A DNA stretch of 64,000 nucleotides from Paragordius varius (taxonomy: Eukaryota; Animalia; Nematomorpha), in NCBI GenBank assembly GCA_964247055.1, contig OZ176053.1:9114001-9178000 (forward strand), read 5' to 3'. The notes under the pieces are model-generated. The model did not search any database, was not told the DNA's origin, and was given only the letters and a program-made list of their open reading frames with translations. Below are positions 36,217 through 48,200 of this stretch, piece after piece. The position numbers and the translations under genes were made by a program. Every line of letters starts with the position of its first letter. The first letter of the stretch is position 1.

Positions 36217-39200
36217 TCAATATATAAAAATGGAAAATGCTGGCTTTGTGATTTGTTTCCGACAATCCGGTGGACCCATTCAAAACCAAATGTCGAAAAA
36301 AATAATCATTTATGAATGCCCCGACAATAGCTCCGCCCTTTTTTTTAATTAGGCTCCCAGTTCGGGTCCACCCCGTGTAATAAAAATTTGAAAACAAGTC
36401 CACAAAAATCGCGTCTTTGAGACAATTTTCCGTAAAACGTCTTGGACCATTCGATTTCATATAAAAATTTTTACAATTTTTTTGATTGCTAGTCGGCTCG
36501 CTTTTTAATTTAGGCCCTCTTTTTACCCCCTCGCCCCGTAAAATGCTATTATTTTCAACTAAGTCCACAAAAATAATTTTTTGAATCTATTTTTCGCATA
36601 GGTATGAGACCGTAAAAATTTAATGAAAATTCCAGGTATTCCCTGTTAAAAAATTTTAGTCGTGCCTTTCTTTTATATTAGCTGCTGGGTAAGGAAAAAC
36701 CCACTAAAAACTGCCTCGTCATATCGAAATAGCGTGCTTTTGGGGCTAGATTTGAGAACCCTGGCCATATGAGTTCGATAGCAGCTTAAGATATTACCCG
36801 TAACAAGGCAAAAATTTAGGTCGTGCGGCTTTTAAAATTAGCCCTTAATTAGGCCGATCACGCCCTGAAAAATGCGCCACTATAGAATAAATTTTTAGTT
36901 TTGAGGCAATTTTTCCAAAACCAATGATATGAAATCAATGATGATTCCAGGTATTCTCCGTAAAAAGGCAAAAATTTTAATCAACCGCTTTTTTATATCA
37001 GCCAAAGGGTAGAGATCTACCCGCCTAAAACTGCGCACCATATTGAAATTGTTTTTTTAGGAGTTAATTTTCAGAAAACATATCAGACCACATAAAAAGG
37101 AAAAAAATTAAGTGGAGTGGTTTTTTTAAATTAGCTGTTAGTTAGCCCTTTACGCCCTGAAAAATGTACTATCATTGAACTATTATTTAATTTTGAAGCC
37201 ATTCTTCCAAAAACTATTAAGAATATATGGAATGAATGAAGATTTCGGGTATTTCCCTATAAAAGCAAAATTTTTTATCGAGCGCTTATTTATATTGGTT
37301 TCTGGATATCGATACAGCGGGATTTTGGAGGCAAATTTTAAACTTATCAGGCCAAATGAGTTCAATAAGGGCTTAAAATATTACGTAAAAAATCAAAAAT
37401 TTAAATATAGCGGTTTAATCAAATTACCCCTTACTTAGCCCCTTGCCCTGAAAAATGCAGGACCATAGAATGCTTTTTGGTTTGAGGCAATCTTTCGAAA
37501 ATCCCATTAGAGCATATGGAATCAATCATGATTCCAGGTATTATCCGAATTAAGGCAAAATTTTAATCGAGCGTTTTTTTTGTTTTACCCCAGGTTCGAG
37601 GGCCACCCGCGTAAAACTGCGTCACCATATCGATACAGCATTTTGCGCATTTCAGAAAACCTATGAGACTATGTAAGTCTTAAAAATCAAATATTTTAGT
37701 ATAGGGAATTATTTCAATGATTCGCTAAGTAAAATTTTACGCTCTGAAAAAATGCGCTGCCATAGAATAATTTTGTTTTTAAGCAATATTTCATAGAACT
37801 TATAGGAACATATGGAATCCATGATAATTTCAGATATTCCCCATATAAAGGCAAAAATTTTGCCCACGCTTTTTTATACCTGCCAAAAACTACGCCTCTA
37901 TATGGAAATTGCTTTGTTTTGGAGCTAATTTACAGAAGATTTATGAAGCCATATAAAATCAAAATAAAAATTAAGGTCATATGTTTTTTTTATTAGTCGT
38001 TAATTTTGGGTCTTCATGGCAAATACGCCATCATATAACGATTATTAGTTATAAAATATTTTCTCGAATAACCCATGAGACGGTGGTATCAAAGATACCA
38101 AATATATGCCCTATCAAACTTAGCGCTTTTTCCATATAGGTCTTTGGGTAGGGATCTACTGGTATAAAACTGTGAAACCATACAAAAATGGCGTGGTTTT
38201 GGAGTAATTTAAAAAAACTTAAGAAGCCATACGAGTTCAAAAAAGGCTTTAAATAATACCCATAAAAAAGTGAAAATTATAAAATAGCGGTTTTTTCCAT
38301 TAGCCGTCAATTGGGTCTTCATGGCTAGTAAACAATGTATTAGATGAATGCACAGTTTTATAAATTTTATAAAGCACCGTGTTGATAATCCTATGAGATC
38401 ATAACTATTAAATAACACTAGACAACAAATTTTAACTTTTTTTAACTGCCATCCTTGTAAATTTAAAATTTATTTCATTAAAGTACATAATTAGTATATC
38501 TGAAAAGAAAATTGGTCTAGCATAGAAGAATTTCTTTATATTAGAGTTTATCGATTATTTTTGGCCCTGATTTTACATTAAACTCGAAATTTCGAAAATT
38601 TAAAGTTTTAGATATGAAGCCATGTATTTTATATCATTCGAAAGAGCGCAAAAAACTGAATCTTTTAAATGGTAGTAAGTCATTTAAATCAATCGGATGT
38701 AAAAGTTATTTGGATTAAAAGGGTCGAAATTTTTAATCCTTAAATAAGTCAAGAGTTTTCACAGACAAACTAATTTGAAAATCATATAAATTATTTTAAT
38801 ATAATTATTAGGTTTATATTAGTATTTAATTTAATAAAAATGTTTGAAAAAGCTTTTGGTTTGCTTTTTTAATAAAAATTATTATTATCATAAATATTTT
38901 ACCTAGTGGATACTAAAATGCATAGTTATAACTGTAAATTTATTACATAATGGCTATAAAAGATCAAAAATACCTTAAACTTTGTTTTTATCTTTAAAAT
39001 TTCGAAATTATCAGCCTTGTAAAGAAAATAAATTAATATTGATGAGAAGGTAATTTTTAAAAAAACAAAAAACTTAAAAATGGCTGTTTTGAGTGACATA
39101 AAAGCAATAAAAAATGTTTTAATCAAAAAAACTTTCTTGTGTTATCTTTTTTGGACATTCATCTCCATCTAAACAAAGTTTGAGCTATTTCCATCCATTA

Positions 39201-39615
39201 GTTTTAAAAATATAGTAATTAAAAAAATGCTCTCGCTTCGCGCGTTTGTCGCTCTTTGTGTCCAATATTAAGTGTCGATGTAATACATATTAGTATGCAT
39301 TTTATAGAGTTTTTAATACTCTTTCGAATGATATATTACAAATGGGCACTTGTATATTTTCAAAGAAAAACATTTTTTAGTAAAATTTTGATAAAGAGGG
39401 CGCATAATCATAAAAATCAAATTATACAAAATTCTTCCAACGAGTTATTATTTTTTTTCAGATTTACTTTTAAAATGATACTAAATATTAGAAATGCAAA
39501 AAACTCGAGTGGCAAAAAATTTGTTGTCTAGTGTAATGTTTCGTAATAATCCACATATATGATCACAATTTCTTTGATCCCTTTTTTTGAATAACCTGCG
39601 TAGCATTTACGCTAG
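36217..39615 (+). mobile_element. Long non-autonomous Helitron with internal degenerate repeats, split by a CACTA-ended MITE
   Basis: A|TCAATATATAAAAATGGAAAATGC 5' end and ...TTTACGCTAG|T 3' end. ATTCCAGGTATT...AAGGCAAAAATTT recurs near 36630, 36945, 37245, 37530, 37825. Confidence 0.78.
38416..39533. mobile_element. CMC-superfamily (Chapaev3/CACTA-like) MITE, copy 1, 1118 bp
   Basis: TAA|CACTAGACAACAAATTTT ... AAATTTGTTGTCTAGTG|TAA. Removing it restores CTATTAAATAATGTTTCG as in the other Helitron copies, which confirms a 3-bp TSD. Confidence 0.9.
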
Positions 39616-40050
39616 TAATATAATACAAAAAAATTCTGATTCCCTTTTTAAATTATTAAAAAGAACTATTTATACAAATGGTATATATTAAGCCTATATA
39701 AATTTCCAACTTTATTACTAATTATTTCTTCATGATTGGGGTGCAACCTGTAAATTGGTAAAAATTATTTTTTATTTTAAAAATCTCTATTAAAATTTTT
39801 ACGTTAATTTAAGTCAGCGTATATAATATATAAACGCTCCTTTTGCATTTTACAATCAAGAATATAAAACAACATTAATAATCATTATTTATAATATTTT
39901 TATCTAAAATTGTAGATTTTATTGTTTGCAATTAACTCCTACATCGGTTGGTATAGTTAATTTTCTTTTGCTCGGTTGTTCGATTTATTTGAATTTTTAA
40001 TCAATTTCGGTGAATCTATAATATATATATATATATATATATACAAATAT

Positions 40051-41209
40051 ACTGTGCGAAAAAATTTTTTTCCTGAGATAACTTAAGACCAGCGTATTCA
40101 TTTGCCGCAAAAATTTTTGTTTGTTGACAACCTAGTTTTTGAAATATTGAGAGAAAATTGAACTAGGACAAAAAGTAAAATAATGATGAAAGTTGAATAT
40201 GGCTGATTATTTTAGAAGATATTTTCTATATATAAATAGCTTAAAATCATATAGTTAGGGTTTCTATAAATTTCAGCCTAAAAGATGGCGTTTTTCTTTT
40301 AACACACTTATAAAACAAAAATTATTTAATCAAACTATATTAAAATAATTTTTTTATTATCTACCTAAACTCACTATTAAAATTTCAACATCCATATTTT
40401 ATTCAGTAAAAAAAACTTATATAGCAAAATAAAACCAAAAATTTTGTTCTTTATTTTTACATTTCTTTGTCATCCGGTATATGAGTGTATAAAAAATATA
40501 TACTGTTTTATTATGGAATCTTACATGGATGTTTAGTATATAATTTATGCAAAATACAGGATATAAAAGTAGTGGAATATCAACCAACAATCCTTATGAA
40601 TCCCTGTAACAAGTCTGTTTTAAGACAAATTAATATTTTTATTGGGATTTGTACGGATTGTTGGTTGATATTTAACTAAAATCCTATTTTGCATAAATTA
40701 TATAATTAATAATGCCCACTCATGTAAGATTCCAAAATAAAACAGAAAAACTTTTTTATACAGTCAAAAACCGGATGATAAAAAAAATGCAAAAAGAAAA
40801 AACAATATTTTTGGTTTTATTTTGCAATATAAATTTTTTTACTGAATAAAATATGAATGATAAGATTTTAATGGTGAGTTTAGGTAGTAAATAATTAAAA
40901 AAATTATTTTAATATAGTTTCATTAAAAAATTTTTGTGTTTTAAGTATGTTAAAAGAAAAACGCTATCTTTTGAGCTGAAATATTATAGAAACCCTAACT
41001 GGATTATTTTAGGCTATTTATATATTGAAAATATATCCTAAAATGACAATAAACCACTTATTTCTTTTTGCCCGAGTTCGATTTTCTCTCAATATTTCAA
41101 AATCTAGGTTGTCAAAAAATAATAATTTTTACGGCAAATGAATTCGCTGGTCATAAGCTATCTCATAAAAAAATTTGTTAAAAAATTAACCCTCTTTTTT
41201 GCACACAGT
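40051..41209. mobile_element. Foldback element with roughly 520-bp inverted arms and (C)ACTGTG(C/T)GCAAAAA termini, in TA microsatellite
   Basis: About 40050-40575 is a diverged reverse complement of about 40685-41209; homologous to 57244-58508. Confidence 0.8.
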
Positions 41210-41498
41210 ATATATATATATATATATATTGTAACAATTTAAGATTTTCTTATTTTCCTGTGATTTCTGCCCACTTTATGATAAATTTGTTTCGGGGAAT
41301 AGTTGTGGTTTATCAAATCATAAAAACCAATCTAATTTAATTTTTATAAAATAATAAAATATTTTGTAAATATGAACACTACTAGAGCAACTTTTAACTA
41401 ATCTTGATGACTTCTCCGATCAAATAAATATGAAATAATTCCCTATCTTATAATTTTTATTTGGGTGTCAAAAAATTGGTCCTTATCTAACATAAAAA

Positions 41499-41569
41499 CA
41501 GAGGCGTAGCTGGAGGGATGTAAAGAGGGGCTGATGCACGGGGCGCCAGAAATGCAAGCCACGCCTCTG
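41499..41569. mobile_element. 71-bp hAT mini-MITE
   Basis: CAGAGGCGTAGCT ... AGCCACGCCTCTG with an 8-bp TSD matching 7/8 (CATAAAAA / CATGAAAA). A longer relative lies at 52817-53050. Confidence 0.7.
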
Positions 41570-42298
41570 CATGAAAATAATATTTTGTTAAATTAAAAAT
41601 ATAGAATATGAGGTCTTTAACAGATATTCTTTTGCTAAAACAAATTATTTCAAGCTAGTTTTAATTTTTATCTTTTCACTATAGTTTTACTAACAGAATG
41701 TAAAAAAATAATTTTGATCCTCTTTTTTGCTATTTCTATAAATATATCCATGTAATAATGATAAATTAAACGGAGTTTTAATTAAAAATATAGGTAAAAA
41801 AGGAAAGTAATATGAAACCCTAGTCAATGGTAATAGCAGAATAGTTACGCGTTTGTTAGCACTCACAGTATGTAACAACAATATAACTTATTGTCTCATA
41901 TCAATTTCGTATATAAGTCCAACTTTGCAATCGGTGTAAATGTAGTGAATAATAGGAAATAAGTTGAAATTAATTACCTTACACAAGCTAAAAATTTAAA
42001 TATAAAAAGGTTTTACCCTAGTTTTCATGGTTTTTTATGAATAATTACATTTACCAAATCATAATAAATGTGGAGTATAAAACAAATAGGTTAAATAAAT
42101 AATATGGTAACAGTTTTAATAGAGGGAAAGAATGAATTGTGTTAACCGATCAAATTGTTTTGGTGATTTATCTAAAATATTGATAAGATTTTAGTTGGTT
42201 GTAAACGGTTATACGGTCTTGATTAAATTTATACCCGAGTCATACCCCCTAGTTGCCATGATATACGAAATTGCAAAAACTTCAAATGACAAACATTT

Positions 42299-45200
42299 TT
42301 AAGAATCATCTATAAATAATGACGGTATTTTTGAATTATAAAACAATAATTTTACGCTTATATTTGTATATTCTTCAGGTATCAAATATATATATATATA
42401 TATATATATAACAAGTTTCATGAGAAAATTTTATAAAATACCAATGTTTTTGAGCATTAATTTTTGGTGAGCTTGATAAGCCTGTCTATATTGAGCAATA
42501 AATTGTTTCATGTCCGTTTTACTGACTCCGATTTCCTCATCGGATTTTCCGCTCTCGTCTTCCGACATTTAAAAATTATATGACAATCAATAATAATAAA
42601 TTTTAATACATAGCCAATGGAAAAACTATAAAATTGTCTTGTTATAATAATTTTAAAAATATTAACAATAATGAGCTAATGTTATTACTAGAAATGTTTT
42701 AATTATATAGACACTTACCACAAAAGTCGGTGATCGTTTTGATAGGTTCCTTTTTTGTTTTCCGTTTGCTTTTAAATTTGGTGAATGTGAATTCAAAATA
42801 ATTCTAGAATGACAAAAATAAAAAAAATATTACATTAATCAAAATTATAAATTTTCAAAATAATTTGATGGGCCTTGTAAATGTTCAGTCACAATTGCAA
42901 ATCATAACACTAGACAACAAATTTTAACTTTTTTTAACTGCCATTCTTGTAAATTTAAAATTTAATTTATTAAAGTACATAATTAGTATATCTGAAAAGA
43001 AAATTGGTCTAGCATGGAAGATTTTTTTTATATTAGAGTTTATCGGTAATTTTTGGCCCCGATTTAACATTAAACTCGAAATTTCGAAAATTAAAAGTTT
43101 TAGATATGAAGCCATGTATTTTATATCATTCGAAAGAGCGCAAAAAACTGCATCTTTTAAATGGTAGTAAGTCATTTAAATCAATCGGATGTAAAAGTTA
43201 TTTGGATTTAAATGGTCGAAATTTTCAATCCTTAAATAAGTCAAAAATTTTCACAGACAAACTAATTTCAAAATCATATAAATTATTTTAATATTATTAT
43301 TAGGGTTATATTAGTATTAAATTTAAAAAAAATTTTGAAAAAGCTTTTGGTTTGCTTTTTTTAATAAAAATTATTATTATCATAAATAATTTACCTAGTG
43401 GATACTAAAATGCATAGTTATAACTGTAAATTTATTACATAATAGTTATAAAAGATCAAAAATACCTTAAACTTTGTTTTTATCTTTAAAATTTCGAAAT
43501 TATCAGCCTTGTAAAGAAAATAAATTAATATTGATGAGATGGTAATTTTTAAAAAAACAAAAAACTTAAAAATGGATGTTTTTAGTGACATAAAAGTAAT
43601 AAAAAATGTTTTAATCAAAAAAACTTCCTTGTGTTATCTTTTTTGGACATTCATCACCATCTAAACAAAGTTTGAGCTATTTTCATCCATTAGTTTTAAA
43701 AATATATTAATTAAAAAAAATGCTCTCGCTTCGCGCGTTTGTCGCTCTTTGTGTCCAATATTAACTGTCGATGTAATACATATTAGTATGCCTTTTATAG
43801 AGCTTTTATTACTCTTTCGAATGATATATTACAAATGGGCATTACTTGTATATTTTCATAGAAAAATTTTTTAGTAAAATTTTGATAAAGAGGGCGCATA
43901 ATCAAAAAAATCAAATTATACAAAATTCTTCCATCGAGTTATAATTTTTATTTCAGATTTACTGTTAAAATGATACTAAATATCAGAAAATATAAAAAAC
44001 TCGAGTGGCAGAAAAATTTGTTGTCCAGTGTAATTATACTTGGAAGTTTTATTCTTAACTTATATAAAGTGGACACTCTGCAGTTACTAACATCCATTTT
44101 CGGTTAACGGTATTTATTAAACAACTTTATGAGAAATCAATTATTAAGGAATGATAAGTTTATGCAGTTTCCCTGTAAAAACTTATAAAATTTCAAAGGA
44201 ATTGGCAAAAAGTTATGCCAATCGTCATGAATGCAAAATTAGTTTAACATTAGCTCTTCAATCATTTTTTTTCATTCATACTTTTATAAAATAATATTTT
44301 TGTATATAAAAATACAAACATATTTTCTATCTTTTAGGGCTATAAAAATATTTTATTATATAATGAAGTTTGAGGTAAGTTTGATTTAATTATATATATT
44401 ATTATAATATTGAAAAAATTTAGATTCTTATGAAAAAAATAGATTCTTATGAAAAAAACTAGATCTATTTTAACTCTATTTCAGTATATTTTGTTAATTT
44501 AAACAGAAAAATTTAAAACAGGTGGTAATACTACCTATCAGCTGAACTCACAATTTGTATTGTAAAAAGTCTTTTTTAGCAAATACTAAAATTTTGACAA
44601 TTGTGGTAATTTTTTAAGAAATTTAAAAAAAGAAAGCCAAATAGTAGATGAAACCTTTTGTTTTTCAGATTTACTAGGCACATTGGCAAACGGAGTGATG
44701 TTATAAGTATATTTATCTCTTAGTAGATGTATATCTTGATAAGGGAAAGGACTAAGTGCATGAATCTTCTAACATGGTATAAGTTAAAAAAAATTATACT
44801 AACTTGTATTAAATTGGGTCCAGATATAACCTTGTTCTCTGAACAGCCTATAATGCAAGTATAAAATTTAAATTAAGATTGTAACATTATATCCATGAGA
44901 TGGTATTTCGTTTTATAAATTATATTGCCGGTATTGGTATACGGATTTTTCATTTTTTTAATTTATTAGTGGTCCCTTTTTGTAGGAAGGTGGGGGCGTC
45001 ATATTTGAATTTATGATTTAATTATCTAATATTAAACCAGCGATACTCAAGCGGCGGCGCTAAAAGTGCATTTTTATGGCTCTGAATCATTAAAAAAATT
45101 TAGATATACTGTGTAAACTATAAAAATTTTATCATTATGACTCTTGAGACAAGAAAACGTTTTATTTGGCCCTTTAAAAATTTTTGGGGAGTACCAAATT

Positions 45201-48200
45201 ATTATTTTGGGTTTATTATTTTTTGATAGAATCTTATATTAAAATTATTGGCTATTTAGAACATTTCACTTCCTTAATAAAATAGTTATTGTATAATAAA
45301 AAAATAATTATTGAAATAGCCAATTAAAAATAGTACAACATTAGTGACTAGTTTGAAATTCTCATAAATTTGTATCCTAGCAAACCGCTCTATGTAATAA
45401 TAAATTTTTCAGTATTTTAAATATTATAGTTGTTTATCAGATTAATTAATACAGTCATATAATCAGTTCGATAATAAATTCCTTTTTGAGAATTCGAAAT
45501 AAGTCATTGATGTTGTACATTTTTTTGAATTGTTAACCAATAAATATTTTATCATTTCATTTCCGTGTAAAAAATATAGCAAAGTAAACTCTGTGTGATT
45601 TCCTCCATTATGGCATAAAATTGATCTGGATTTTGTGTTTTAAGTAAGGGTTTGGAAACTTCCTCCCAAAAAACAAGTGCGGCCCTTATTAAAACTTCAG
45701 AACCCCAAACGAACAAACAATCCCAAAGTCTTAGCACTGTGTCTTTGGCAAAACATGACGCAAACAAGGTGATAAACCATTGCATGGTAAAAAGATTTGT
45801 AAGCGGTGGCTCATAAAGATCGTATTCTGAAATCATATAATAAGGTAAAGTTGGTACTAAACATGAAAATATATTTTATACTCCAATGTTTTTTTATAAT
45901 CTAATCCTATTATTAAGATTTAAAATTTAATATTGGGGATAAAAATAAATTTACCGAGGCTAATGTAAAAGGCTGTTTGGGCACAGACTTTTAATAATCA
46001 AGAATTTAAACTAGGGGTGCTCGACATAAATGTCTCTACGGGTCGCATTTTTGACCTAAAAATTCGGCGGATCGCATACTCTAAAAAAATTACGATCACA
46101 TAAATATTGTTTATTCCACCAATTTTTGCTCAATTTTACTAAAATTTTATAGAAATTTTAGAATTACTTATTTAGTTGGAATATTTCAAGTTTTTTATGG
46201 GCCGCACAGATATCTCGCGGGCTTCATGTTAAGCATTCCTGATTAAACGTGGGATCCTTAATATAAACCCCTTTAATCTTTGCATATTTTCAGCATCATA
46301 AATAATAAATAAAAATTATTGAAGTATAAATATATCGAACTCGATCGATTATTTCGAAGTTTTTCCAAATGTTTCGCCAAAACGGGGGATCGCACTAACA
46401 ATAAATCTCTAAACACAGACATATCAACGGTTAATCCTGTCAGATTGTTTGAATAATATCTGGGGGGCAAGATGCTTTCAATCAAAAATATCATAACCTA
46501 TAATTAAAACATCATATTATTTAATTTATCGCCAAGAGTAGTCTCCACAATGGTGTTTTATACAAAATTTTATTATAAAATAATCTATATTAGTAAATTA
46601 TTTTGTAATTAAACCTTGAGAGCGTGTTCCTCATTTCTATGCATAACATCTATTATCAATGCAGCGATGACATTAAGACCTTGACAATATCCAATATTTT
46701 TATTCCAGCGTGCAAATGCTAGCAAAACTTTCTTTAAAATGAGCCTTTCTTCAAAGGACAGCGAAGATTTGGATAACCCTGTGGAATTTGTGCGATGGAG
46801 ATCCTGAGTGAAATAATAAAGTTTTGCCTTAATTGTACATATCTAGTCACAGTGATTTGGTCATTTTAATGTCGGAATGATACTTTTATACATAAAGATT
46901 ACCCCTGGAGATTACCTAACAAATTTTGAAAAATGGTTTATAAACTGAATAGTCATGACACTGTTTGAAAGCCAGACAAATTTATCAATTGAATTTTTTA
47001 AAATTGCACGGTTGCTGCCATACAAGTTAAAAATATATGAAAACAAAGAGGGACCTAAATTAACCGGAAATCGTTCTTTTGATAATGGTTTATCTCAACT
47101 TTTATTTAAAGTAATTAAAATTTCTACGGAAATCGCATTATGCTAACGTTATTTGAAATGTTTCATTTATAAATAGATGTAAAACGACATAGATCCAATT
47201 TAGGATAATATTGCTTGCTGTTAAATGGAATCGTTTTTTGTTTAATCCAAAACGTTTTGCGGGTTTTAAAAAAATGTTTCCGGTTTTTAATATTTTTTCG
47301 TCAAACCGTTGCGTTTCACTTCCATTTTTTTAACTGATTGCCCATTTATTTTAATAAAATTTCTTTATGGTCAATAAATTTAAACATTTTAATTTATTAT
47401 CTAAATCCCTGGTAAATCAAAAAATACTGAATTGCAAAACAATATAAACAAATTATCCACTTTATTGCAAGTTTACAAAAGAAAAAAATATTAAAATTTA
47501 ATCTTTTGAAACCGTTTCACAATGCAATTTTTATTGTTAATTACACAATTAATTCACAGTAGGTGATTTAATATTAAAATATATTGTTATAGAAGATAGA
47601 TCCGTTTTAACCGCTTCTTGAACTCTTCGAAAATAAGAGCCGATATCAGTTACAGTTTGTGACAACTGGTCAAGGTTATAAAGAAACGGTTTTACTATAT
47701 ATATATATGAAGAAGTTGTACTGAAACCGCTTTTTCGTTTTATTTGAAAGCCTCTGATAAGATCCCAAGTATTGACATTATATTTTTTAATATTGTGTGT
47801 GTGATATAGGGACAAATATAAATTACTTTTAGAATTTGTGCATCAAGGTCATAATCATCAGGATTAGTAGTTTCATTGAAACAGGATTTTTTAATTGTAT
47901 TCCATGAAATATCTTTAGATTTAAGGTAATGTTCAGCCATATTCAACCAAATCTATGTCAAGAACCAGTAAAACATGACAAAATTTAGATTGGAGATGTT
48001 AAATAAATAAATATCTATCCGTTCAATTTAATGATTCTTTTTAGTTAATATAATAATAACAAAGTTTATTAATTTAGAACTAAACAAATCAAATTTTTAT
48101 GGCATCAATAATAAAATTATAAAAAACGCAAGTATTTAAGCTGGATTAAAATAATTGTTATTGTCATATATTATATTAAAGAATACATTTGGTTAATTTT

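Noticed and set aside
38926-43618. Near-identical 66-aa ORFs at 38926-39126 and 43418-43618
   Set aside because: Chance Phe/Ile/Lys-rich frames inside two copies of the same MITE.
45569-45574. Programmed -1 ribosomal frameshift in the TBC gene
   Set aside because: The in-frame ATT TTT TAC is not a canonical X XXY YYZ slippery site, and no downstream structure is evident.
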